Below are positions 41,160-49,237 of a stretch of 64,000 bases of DNA, piece by piece. The stretch is taken from the NCBI GenBank assembly GCA_963805925.1, contig CAWDWB010000009.1:517746-581745 (forward strand), read 5' to 3'. Position numbers and translations under genes: made by a program. The notes under the pieces were generated by a model. That model was given only the letters and a program-made list of their open reading frames with translations, was not told the origin of the DNA and made no database searches. The first letter of the stretch is position 1; each line of letters begins with the position of its first letter. Source of the stretch: an uncultured Acidobacteriota bacterium. Lineage in GTDB: Bacteria; Acidobacteriota; Terriglobia; Bryobacterales; UBA6623.

Positions 41160-41327
41160 CAGCCTCAATTAGCATTGGCCCCATCTCTAAGTCATTGATT
41201 CAACTAGATCTACGACGAGAATCGGAGCGGCGCGATATCGCGTCTTTAGGCTGCAACTGATTGAATAATAAAAGCTTCTGCTCTCAGAACAGATTCTGCT
41301 TGATTACAATTGAGGCTGTCCCGGTTT
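41160..41327. mobile_element. R3: third copy of the 177-bp MITE-like element; its first 11 bp lie at 39713..39723 on the other side of the IS
   Basis: 41160..41327 is identical to positions 10-177 of R1/R2. 39713..39723 = AAACCGGGACA. Confidence 0.85.
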
Positions 41328-41519
41328 GCCGAACCGGTTCCAACTCTGCGGATCGCCTACCCGTCCGGACGCCAAAAGTGGATCAGCGCTTGTGAACCGC
41401 CCCAGGGCCGACGACATATACCTGGCCAGGAAGTAATCCAACCCGGACTCTTGATCGCGTTCTTTGGCGGTGGACCGTTCCGCATCGTACGCGCACCAGC
41501 GCAACAGACCATGGGTCAA
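41328..41519 (-). pseudogene. Orphan Rhs core fragment (…AKERDQESGLDYFLARYMSSALGRFTSADP…PQSWNRF) truncated at the R3 boundary
   Basis: RHS core signature without YD repeats upstream or a toxin domain downstream. The reading frame runs into the R3 TIR and stops there. Confidence 0.6.
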
Positions 41520-42124
41520 AACCTGAAAAGTACCACTTTCTGCTTTGAACTTGATTGGTCAGGCTGCAAAACGCGACTCGCAAGGTTGCCGTCATGCACC
41601 GCGACAATAGTCGTTTCCCGGCCAGGCAGTAGATCGATCAAGACTTTGCCGTCCAATCCCGTTTGATACCACTTCTGACTTTCAGCATTTGCATCCCGGA
41701 CAAGAATCTCAGCGGATGCAACTGGAATCCCATCTCTATTTCGCACTTCCACTTGGCAATGCTTTACACGTCCGATGGTGAAGGCGTTGCCTGTCGTAGG
41801 CAAAACCTCCAGTGCTAACTTCAGGTCGACCGGATCGGTGTTGACCAAGAACTCTCGAACGGTCGTTCGACATAATCCATACGGACAAGTCGCAATAATC
41901 TGATAAAGCCCCATCGCAAGGTCTTGCGTCGGAACGGCGCCATTCCGATTCGTCAAGGCCCTTAAGCTTTCTCCCCTTCCTTCAAGAGATCTAACGATTA
42001 CAAGAACATCCGGGAAACCTAAACCTGATTTGTCCACGGTCACGACATGCACCTGGGCCGCTTGGGTGCAAACAGAGATACCCAGGAACAAGAATGAGAG
42101 ACGAACTTGCTTCCACTGGATCAT
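41516..42124 (-). CDS. Secreted CarboxypepD_reg-like protein; candidate immunity protein for the upstream HExxH toxin tip
   Basis: ATG at 42124 overlaps the toxin stop (ATGA). Signal peptide MIQWKQVRLSFLFLGISVCTQAAQ followed by two Ig-like beta-sandwich-type segments. Confidence 0.5.
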   Translation of the reverse strand: MIQWKQVRLSFLFLGISVCTQAAQVHVVTVDKSGLGFPDVLVIVRSLEGRGESLRALTNRNGAVPTQDLAMGLYQIIATCPYGLCRTTVREFLVNTDPVDLKLALEVLPTTGNAFTIGRVKHCQVEVRNRDGIPVASAEILVRDANAESQKWYQTGLDGKVLIDLLPGRETTIVAVHDGNLASRVLQPDQSSSKQKVVLFRF

Positions 42125-43350
42125 GGACAGGGCCCTCCCGGCGTATTTGCCACGCACGCAACCTTTTGAGCCTGCTGCGCTGCCTGAGCTGCTCCTTGTT
42201 GAATGATGGTTGCCGCCGCCGCGTCATACTGGACATTCGGTTGGAACTTTTGGCCAGCGGCTCCGAGCGCTTTCACCGTTTGTTGAGCGCGCTTCTCTGC
42301 CGTTCCTCCAGTTGTGTTTTGGGCACCCGGCCTAGATGACGCGTCTCCGGCGGCGCCCGCCGCCGCCGCTCCCTGGAAACTGGTTGCGGAAAGCATGTCC
42401 GTGACATGTTGATCTTCATGCGCAAACGCCGTCAACCCCACTGTGAAGTTGCTCTTCCCTGTCGCTTTGGCCACCGTTGAGATGTTCGAATTGTCTAGAG
42501 TGACGTTGATCCCTGCTACCGCTCCAGGAGAACCAGGAACTACGACCGCTGCACCAGCTGTAACGTTCTGAACCCCATTTCCGGTACTCACGGGTAAGCG
42601 GCCCTGGTCGAACGTGACCGGAAGATTGCTCGCGGCAATCGCGTTGACCGTTGCAGCGCCCTGTGGCGTTCTGAGCATCGTAGAGATGTACTCCTGGACC
42701 TGCCCCTGCATCCCAGGGGCAACGACAAAGTATTCACCAGTCGGATCGACGTATTTTAGCGGGTTGTTCCGCGTGTAGGTGTATCGGTTCCATGTTTGGG
42801 GCTCGCCCTCTGAGTACGGACCCGGGTCAGGGCTCGTAAACCGACCTTGGGCGCTCGCCATGTACCGCGCCCCGAAGTAGTCGAGGCCGCTCTCCGCGTC
42901 GCGTTCTTTGGCGGTAAAGAGCTGATCAAAGCCTGCCGGGTCGCCGTAGCCCGTCACGCTCGCGCGCGCCCCGTACGTATCCGGGATCTCTTCGCCGAAG
43001 GGGAAGAAGTCGTAGCGCGAGACGACGGCCGGCGTCGTGCTGTCGTCCGTCACCAAGCGCGTCGAGCCCAAGTGATCGGTCGTGCGGAAGTAGCTGCCCG
43101 CGGGCGTCGTCGACGCGGCGGTCGAGTACTCCGCCGCTAGCCGTCCCGTGGCGTCGTAAACGTAGGTCGTCTCTGCGCCCGTGTTGTAGTCGATCTTGCG
43201 GACGCGGTTGCCTTCGCCGTCATAGACGTACTCGGCGTCGGCGTTCGCGCTGTTGCACGTCCCCAGCGTGTTCTGGCGGGCTCCGTCCCCTTTGGCCTTT
43301 GGCTGGTCCCCTTTGGCTGCCTTTGGCTGAGAATGTGCTGTGACCGTCAC
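42121..43350 (-). CDS. Orphan Rhs tip: last YD repeats plus RHS core (…AKERDAESGLDYFGARYM…NNPLKYVDPTGEYF) plus C-terminal domain with an HExxH motif
   Basis: YD-repeat consensus (YVYDGEGNRV, YVYDATGRL). Core signature, then a roughly 220-aa variable domain containing AFAHEDQHVTD. Only a GTG start immediately after an in-frame TGA. The N-terminal roughly 24 codons are not Rhs-like. Confidence 0.7.
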   Translation of the reverse strand: MTVTAHSQPKAAKGDQPKAKGDGARQNTLGTCNSANADAEYVYDGEGNRVRKIDYNTGAETTYVYDATGRLAAEYSTAASTTPAGSYFRTTDHLGSTRLVTDDSTTPAVVSRYDFFPFGEEIPDTYGARASVTGYGDPAGFDQLFTAKERDAESGLDYFGARYMASAQGRFTSPDPGPYSEGEPQTWNRYTYTRNNPLKYVDPTGEYFVVAPGMQGQVQEYISTMLRTPQGAATVNAIAASNLPVTFDQGRLPVSTGNGVQNVTAGAAVVVPGSPGAVAGINVTLDNSNISTVAKATGKSNFTVGLTAFAHEDQHVTDMLSATSFQGAAAAGAAGDASSRPGAQNTTGGTAEKRAQQTVKALGAAGQKFQPNVQYDAAAATIIQQGAAQAAQQAQKVACVANTPGGPCP

Positions 43351-43392
43351 CGATCACCCGAACCCAGCGGACCAGTCCTTCAACTTCAAAGA

Positions 43393-43860
43393 CTACTGCA
43401 TCGAATCCTCGCCTTTGCCTTGCAATATCGATATGCCCTCTTCCACCTTGGCAGCCGGTATGAGCACCTGTCCATCGTCCAGATAAACCAAAGGCACTAA
43501 TTCTTGTCCGACCCATAGCCGGTGGTTTCGAGATCGAACTGGATCGATCGAGATAGTGCGCGCATCCTCTTGGACTCTTTCGTAATACGGGACAAACTCG
43601 CCTTTGTAGACCAGATCGCCATTCACGCCCGTCAGCCGGCATCCGTAGGTCGCTTGTGACGGATGCCAACACTCCATCCATTGTCCGCGCCTTGAGCGGG
43701 GCAATCCGACGTAAGGGGCCCATAAGAACACAGCCCCAGAGGACACACTATCAGGCCGACTGGGCGGTGTGTTCGCCCACCAATACGCGCCGACGACTAG
43801 GACGATCAAGAGTGCACCGAGGGTCGCCAGGGTGGCAATGACTTTACTTCCTGGAGTCAT
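43393..43860 (-). CDS. Hypothetical membrane-anchored protein
   Basis: MTPGSKVIATLATLGALLIVLVVGAYWW signal-anchor plus a roughly 120-aa extracytoplasmic domain. No recognisable family. The ORF-track start at 43878 is TTG. Confidence 0.45.
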   Translation of the reverse strand: MTPGSKVIATLATLGALLIVLVVGAYWWANTPPSRPDSVSSGAVFLWAPYVGLPRSRRGQWMECWHPSQATYGCRLTGVNGDLVYKGEFVPYYERVQEDARTISIDPVRSRNHRLWVGQELVPLVYLDDGQVLIPAAKVEEGISILQGKGEDSMQ

Positions 43861-44072
43861 ATAGCGCCGGGCCTCCAATATGATCCCGCGACACTAAGTC
43901 TATTCACGAGATTTTACCCCCGCTGCCTTGTCGTAGCAGATGCCTGAGTCGATTGACTCTCTCGGTGTTTTTTCCTCCGGCAAAAGGCAAAAGGGGACGG
44001 AGCACTAAACGAGTTCTTTATCCGGTCCAGGCGGTCCTCTTGCACCACGCTGCTACCCTGGAATCAACAAAG

Positions 44073-44095
44073 GTCCGCTCTGGAAGAGCGGGCCC
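44073..44095 (-). terminator. Rho-independent-like terminator about 215 nt downstream of pntB
   Basis: On the minus strand: GGCCCGCTC-ttcca-GAGCGGACC followed by TTTGTTGATT. Confidence 0.4.
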
Positions 44096-44191
44096 TGGTC
44101 GTTAGTAGTGTGAGTCGCATCAAATGTCCGCACTTTCAAGACCAGAAATAGCTCAAGTAATTGTTGCTACGAGACTTAGTCGACTTTTGAG

Positions 44192-44290
44192 GCGGACAAT
44201 CGCGGACATCAGCGGACATTCGAGGACCTTCGGCGGACAAATCGGGCCTTCAGGCGGGCATCTGGCGGTCACTCGCGGTCGCCGGCGGGC
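44192..44290. repeat. Degenerate tandem decamer array (GCGGACAnnn / GCGGnCnnnn, about 10 units)
   Basis: GCGG recurs at 44192, 44202, 44212, (GAGG at 44222), 44233, 44254, 44265, 44275 and 44285. An inverted TGTCCGC lies at about 44125. Confidence 0.6.
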
Positions 44291-44311
44291 GCGATCCGGT
44301 CGCTGAGGTAC

Positions 44312-45715
44312 TTACTCCGCGCGCAGATTGGCGAGCAAGGCGTCGACAGAAGCCTTCGCGTCGCCGAAGAGCATGCGCGAGTTGTCGCGGTAGAAGAGCG
44401 GGTTGTCGATGCCGGAGTAGCCGCTGGCCATCGAGCGCTTGAAGATGACGACGCTCTTGGCTTTCCAGACCTCAAGCACCGGCATGCCGTAGATCGGGCT
44501 GGAAACGTCGTCGAGTGCGGCAGGGTTGACGATATCGTTGGCGCCGATGACCAGCACCACATCGGTCGACGGGAAGTCCGCGTTGATCTCGTCCATCTCG
44601 AGCACGACGTCGTAAGGGATACGAGCTTCGGCCAGCAGGACGTTCATGTGACCGGGGAGGCGACCGGCGACAGGATGGATGGCGAAGCGCATCCGCGTGC
44701 CGTTGGCCTGCAACTTCTTCATCAGATCGGCCACCGCGTATTGCGCCTGGGCAACGGCCATGCCGTAGCCGGGCACAACGACCACCTCTTTCGCTGCGCT
44801 CAGCCAGGCGGCGACCTCCTCAGCCGAGGTCGACGTGACTTCGCCCTGCGGCTCGCCGTTGGCAGCGGGCGCGGACTTGCCGGCCCCTTGTCCGAAGCCG
44901 CCGAGGATGACGCTGACGAACTTGCGATTCATCGCCCGGCACATGATGTAGCTAAGGATCGCGCCGGAGCTGCCGACCAATGCGCCGGTGATGATGAGCA
45001 GGTCGTTGCCGAGCATGAAGCCGGCGGCGGAGGCGGCCCAGCCCGAGTAGCTGTTGAGCATCGAGACGACGACGGGCATGTCGGCCGAACCGATGGCCGC
45101 GACCAGGTGCACGCCCAGCAGCAACGCGATGCCGGTGATGATAAGCAGCGGCGTGAGGCCGGCAGGATCAGGCGCGCGCATAAACCAGACCGTGAGCGGC
45201 GCACCGGACAACACGCCGACGAGATTCAGCACGTGGCGGCCCGGCAATAGCAGCGGCTTGCTTCCCCAGATGCCCTGCAACTTAGCGAAGGCAACAACCG
45301 ATCCGCTAAAGGTGATCGCACCGATGAAGACGCCGGCGCAGATTTCGAAGTCATGGACGATGCGTTCAAATCCGGCGGTCTGGACGGCAGGCGCTAGGTA
45401 GTTGCTGATGCCGACCAGCACTGCCGCGGCGCCGACGAAGCTGTGCAGCATGGCGACCAGCTGCGGCATGGCGGTCATTTCGACGCGGGCGGCGAGTCTC
45501 GCCCCGACGACGGCGCCGACGGCCAGCGCCGGAACCAGCAGCGTCCAATTGCCGATGTGGCCTCCGCCTAGGGTGAAGACCACAGCCAGCAGCATGCCGA
45601 GGATTCCGAACCAATTGCCGCGACGGGCGGTTTCCTGAGTTGAAAGTCCGCCGAGGCTCTGGATAAAGAGCACGGCGGCGACGAGGTAGGCGGCTGTGAT
45701 GACTCCCGGCGGCAT
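44312..45715 (-). CDS. pntB: NAD(P) transhydrogenase subunit beta
   Basis: 467 aa with a polytopic N-terminal half plus the dIII NADP(H)-binding domain ([22 protein letters not shown]). Confidence 0.9.
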   Translation of the reverse strand: MPPGVITAAYLVAAVLFIQSLGGLSTQETARRGNWFGILGMLLAVVFTLGGGHIGNWTLLVPALAVGAVVGARLAARVEMTAMPQLVAMLHSFVGAAAVLVGISNYLAPAVQTAGFERIVHDFEICAGVFIGAITFSGSVVAFAKLQGIWGSKPLLLPGRHVLNLVGVLSGAPLTVWFMRAPDPAGLTPLLIITGIALLLGVHLVAAIGSADMPVVVSMLNSYSGWAASAAGFMLGNDLLIITGALVGSSGAILSYIMCRAMNRKFVSVILGGFGQGAGKSAPAANGEPQGEVTSTSAEEVAAWLSAAKEVVVVPGYGMAVAQAQYAVADLMKKLQANGTRMRFAIHPVAGRLPGHMNVLLAEARIPYDVVLEMDEINADFPSTDVVLVIGANDIVNPAALDDVSSPIYGMPVLEVWKAKSVVIFKRSMASGYSGIDNPLFYRDNSRMLFGDAKASVDALLANLRAE

Positions 45716-45719
45716 GGCG

Positions 45720-46061
45720 TCAATCCCTGCGGAACATCTCCAGCATGCGCTTGGTGACGAGGAATCCGCCGGCGACGTTAATCATCGCCAGCAACACGGC
45801 GAGGGCGCCAAGCAAGGCGGCCGGGCTGAAACCGGGCTGGGCGAGTTGCAGCATGCCGCCCAGGATGATGATGCCGCTGATCGCGTTGGTGACGCTCATG
45901 AGAGGCGTATGCAGCGCGGGCGTAACGTCCCAAACCAGCTTCCAGCCGAGGATGATGGCGAGCACGAAAATGGTCAGCTGTTCCAGGATGGATTGCGGCG
46001 CGACCGCTCCCAAGACGAGCACCGCCGCGCCGGCCAATCCGAGGGCGATAGACGAAGCCAA
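45720..46061 (-). CDS. pntAB: NAD(P) transhydrogenase subunit alpha, part 2 (membrane)
   Basis: 113 aa with three to four TM helices and the motif [18 protein letters not shown]. Confidence 0.85.
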   Translation of the reverse strand: MASSIALGLAGAAVLVLGAVAPQSILEQLTIFVLAIILGWKLVWDVTPALHTPLMSVTNAISGIIILGGMLQLAQPGFSPAALLGALAVLLAMINVAGGFLVTKRMLEMFRRD

Positions 46062-46110
46062 GCCGGATTTCTTCTTGGGCGTCGGCGGTTCGGGCGCGGG
46101 CGTAGGCGCA

Positions 46111-47256
46111 TCAATATGGGCGGGTCGGGGCGCGGGCTTCGGCGGCTGTCGGCGGTTCGAGCCGTTGGCCCTCGTGCATCAGCATCGCGCCGCGAATAAT
46201 TTCGTTTTCGAGATCGATCGTGAAGTTCTCGCCGCCGCCCATCTCCTCCAGCAGGTGAACGAGGTTACGACCGTAAAGCACGCTGGCCTGGTTGGGCAGC
46301 CGGCCGGGCATGTTCGTCCAGCCGATGATCTTGACACCGTTATGCACGACAAGTTCGTCGGGGCGCGTCAGCTCGCAGTTGCCGCCGCCGGCCGCCGCCA
46401 GGTCGACGATCACCGAGCCGGGTTTCATTTGGTCGACGATGTCGCGGGTCAGCAGAATCGGGGCTTTCTTGCCGGGAATGCTTGCGGTGGTGATGATGAT
46501 ATCGACGTCGGCGGCCTGCTCTCTGAACAGAGCCATCTCGGCTTCGATGAACTCCTTGCTCATCTGCTTGGCGTAACCGCCGCCGCCCTCGCCCGCCTCC
46601 TCGGCGGCAACCTCGAGAAACTCGGCGCCCATCGACTGCACTTCATCACGTGCGGCGGCGCGCACGTCGAAAGCGCGTACGATAGCGCCGAGTCCGCGCG
46701 CCGCACCGATCGCGGCCAGTCCGGCCACGCCCGCGCCGATGATCAATACTTTGGCCGGCGGCACCTTGCCCGCAGCCGTAATCTGTCCCGTGAAGAACCG
46801 CCCGAAGTGATTGGCCGCCTCGACCACCGCGCGATAACCGGCGATGTTGGCCATCGAACTGAGGGCGTCCATTTTCTGCGCTCGGGTGATGCGCGGAATC
46901 GACTCCATGGCCATGACGTTGGCCTTGCGTGAGGCGAGGGCATCGAGCAGCCACGGATTTTGACCGGGGAAGATGTAGGAGGTGAGGCCGGCGCCTTCGC
47001 GTAACTGCGCGGCTTCCTTCTCGTTGGGCGGGTTGAGTTTGAGCACCCAGTCGGCCGCCCAGATTTCGGCGGGGTCGGCGGCGATTCGCGCGCCGGCCGT
47101 GATGAATGCGGCGTCTGAAAAGTCGGCGGCGGCGCCCGCCCCGGACTCGACCACGACATCGAACCCGCCGCGAACAAGCCGAGCGATATTGGCGGGCGTC
47201 AGCGCAACGCGCTGCTCGCCGGGAAGCGTTTCTTTCGGGACTCCAAGAACTGGCAA
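46111..47256 (-). CDS. pntAA: NAD(P) transhydrogenase subunit alpha, part 1 (dI)
   Basis: LGVPKETLPGEQRVALTP and the alanine-dehydrogenase/PNT fold (VLIIGAGVAGLAAIGAA). Confidence 0.9.
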   Translation of the reverse strand: MPVLGVPKETLPGEQRVALTPANIARLVRGGFDVVVESGAGAAADFSDAAFITAGARIAADPAEIWAADWVLKLNPPNEKEAAQLREGAGLTSYIFPGQNPWLLDALASRKANVMAMESIPRITRAQKMDALSSMANIAGYRAVVEAANHFGRFFTGQITAAGKVPPAKVLIIGAGVAGLAAIGAARGLGAIVRAFDVRAAARDEVQSMGAEFLEVAAEEAGEGGGGYAKQMSKEFIEAEMALFREQAADVDIIITTASIPGKKAPILLTRDIVDQMKPGSVIVDLAAAGGGNCELTRPDELVVHNGVKIIGWTNMPGRLPNQASVLYGRNLVHLLEEMGGGENFTIDLENEIIRGAMLMHEGQRLEPPTAAEARAPTRPY

Positions 47257-47461
47257 CTGACGATGACCGTGCGTGAAAACACGAGCCGGGTCTCAACCCG
47301 TCTTTAATTAGAGCAAGTTACGCGGATTGAGGTACGTCTGTTTGGATAATTAGGGTGCGGAAAGCTGCGAGAGGCGTTGTTTTTCTCACCAACGAGGATG
47401 ATGCGACCAGGGCCCTGACGCGCTCCATGTTCTCGCGGTACGATATCGGGAGCGTAAGCGC

Positions 47462-47546
47462 GCGAACGTGGCGGAATTGGCAGACGCGCCAGATTTAGGT
47501 TCTGGTGGGGCAACCCGTGAGAGTTCGATTCTCTCCGTTCGCACCA
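47462..47546 (+). tRNA. tRNA-Leu (anticodon UAG)
   Basis: GCGAACG...CGTTCGC acceptor stem plus ACCA. Anticodon arm CCAGA-TTTAGGT-TCTGG. Long variable arm. T-arm GAGAG-TTCGATT-CTCTC. Confidence 0.9.
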
Positions 47547-47571
47547 AATTTCTCTTTTAGAAGTCGTCCGA

Positions 47572-48348
47572 ATGTCCGTACACCCATCGGCGATCATTCA
47601 TCCCAGCGCAACAATCGATTCGACGGCTGAGATCGGACCGTTCTGTTCGATCGGGGAAGAAGTATCCATCGGCGCTCGCTCGAAGCTGATGGCTCACGTT
47701 TACGTCGAAGGTCCGACGACGATCGGCGAAGACAACGTCTTCTTCCCCTATTCGACGGTGGGCGTCGCCCCGCAGGACCTCAAGTACCACGGCGAGCGGG
47801 CTGAAACGCGTATCGGCGATCGCAACTCGATTCGCGAGTTCGTGACGATCCATCGCGGCACCGAAGGCGGCGGCGCGGTCACCTCGATCGGCGACGACAA
47901 CTTGATTCAGGCCTACGGTCACGTGGCGCATGATTGCGTTGTCGAATCTCACTGCATCCTGGCGCACGGGGCTACCTTGGGTGGTCACGTTACCGTGGAA
48001 GACTATGCCGTAGTCGGCGCGCAGAGCGGAGTTCACCAGTACTGCCGCATCGGCGGGCACTGCTACATCGGGGGCTACAGCGTCATTACCCAAGACGTGA
48101 TGCCCTTCTCGGTGGTGGTATCGGAACGCAACGCGAAGGCGTTTAGCGTGAACAAGGTTGGCCTGGAGCGCAGAGGCTTCACTCCCGAACAGATCCAGAA
48201 CTTGCACCGCGCGGTGCGGCTCTTAACGAAAGCGGGACTCAACACCGATCAAGCGTTGGCGAAGATTCATGAAGAATTGGAGATGGACGAGCACATGGAG
48301 CGCCTTATCGCCTTCATCCAAGGCTCGCAGCGCGGCGTGGTCAAGTAG
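47572..48348 (+). CDS. lpxA: Acyl-ACP--UDP-N-acetylglucosamine O-acyltransferase
   Basis: MSVHPSAIIHPSATIDSTAEIGPFCSIG hexapeptide repeats, 258 aa, with the LpxA C-terminal helical domain. Confidence 0.9.
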   Translation: MSVHPSAIIHPSATIDSTAEIGPFCSIGEEVSIGARSKLMAHVYVEGPTTIGEDNVFFPYSTVGVAPQDLKYHGERAETRIGDRNSIREFVTIHRGTEGGGAVTSIGDDNLIQAYGHVAHDCVVESHCILAHGATLGGHVTVEDYAVVGAQSGVHQYCRIGGHCYIGGYSVITQDVMPFSVVVSERNAKAFSVNKVGLERRGFTPEQIQNLHRAVRLLTKAGLNTDQALAKIHEELEMDEHMERLIAFIQGSQRGVVK

Positions 48349-49237
48349 TAGGCTGCTTGCCGCGGGTTGTTTTCTCCTCGTCGGCTGCGCGCGGCAAGAC
48401 ATCGCCCGTCCGCCGAGCGATGCTCCCCTGCCAACCGCGCAGGCGCAAGCGCGCGCGCAGAGTCTCGGACTAGCACCCACTGACAACTTTCATAGAACCT
48501 CCGCGAGCGTCGATACGCTTTGCTTTGCAGCTCGCAGGCTGGAGTTGCCGGAAGAGTACGGCCAACTGCGGTTCCGGCGGGCTCCGAACGGGGTTTGCGG
48601 CTTCAATGAAGCGAAGTGGGACGTGTTTCGCTATCAACCGGAAGCGGTTGCGGGCGAGAAGGTCGGCGTGACCCCAGAGTTAGCGGCAGCCAGCGCAGAG
48701 CGAGCAGCCTTCGTGGTCGCGCATGAGGATTTTCACGACCAGCCCTCGATGCGCAAGCTGCCGCCGGGATTGCACGAGCCAGCCGCGACGCTGGGGGCGC
48801 TGCTGATGTCGCCGGGAGCGTTCGATGAGCTTCACCCGGCGCTGCTGTACAGGCGAAAAGCGCAGCTCATCAATCGCTACCGGTATCGGGCGGCGGCGCT
48901 CTACAGCCGCTACCGCAGGCGAGAAATCAGCGAAGCCGAAGCGCTTCAACTGAAGGAAACGCTATTCAGCGAACTCGGCGCGGAGTGCTCCGCTCTGCCG
49001 CCGGCGCTGGCCTATAACCCTTGTCCGGCGGTGCTGAATAACGCGGGGCTGGCGTTTGACGCCACCTACACCAGACTGTACCCGCTGATGTTCGAATTGT
49101 TGCCGGCCGTCGGCTGGGACCGCCAAGCGGCGGTACGCGTCTTACTGGAGGACATGCCTGCCGCCCCCGGCCTGCTGCGGACGCCGCGAAAGGCGATTCG
49201 GCAGCTCGTCAGACGTCTGACGCAAGCGGCGCCCTAG
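48269..49237 (+). CDS. Putative lipoprotein with an HExxH motif (possible zinc peptidase); start uncertain
   Basis: [12 protein letters not shown] lipobox and AHEDFHDQ. The only ATG (48269) overlaps lpxA by 80 nt. Confidence 0.45.
   Translation: MKNWRWTSTWSALSPSSKARSAAWSSSRLLAAGCFLLVGCARQDIARPPSDAPLPTAQAQARAQSLGLAPTDNFHRTSASVDTLCFAARRLELPEEYGQLRFRRAPNGVCGFNEAKWDVFRYQPEAVAGEKVGVTPELAAASAERAAFVVAHEDFHDQPSMRKLPPGLHEPAATLGALLMSPGAFDELHPALLYRRKAQLINRYRYRAAALYSRYRRREISEAEALQLKETLFSELGAECSALPPALAYNPCPAVLNNAGLAFDATYTRLYPLMFELLPAVGWDRQAAVRVLLEDMPAAPGLLRTPRKAIRQLVRRLTQAAP

Noticed and set aside
36440-41327. Possibility that the repeated 177-bp units and 11-mers form a CRISPR array.
   Set aside because: The repeat units are far longer (177 bp) or far shorter (11 bp, no spacers) than CRISPR repeats. 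Spacing is irregular (553 bp and about 3 kb). The repeats have terminal inverted repeats. No cas genes are present.
44124-44306. 60-aa ORF across the decamer repeat region.
   Set aside because: The periodic peptide is produced by the tandem decamers. There is no RBS, and it lies in the pntB 3' region.
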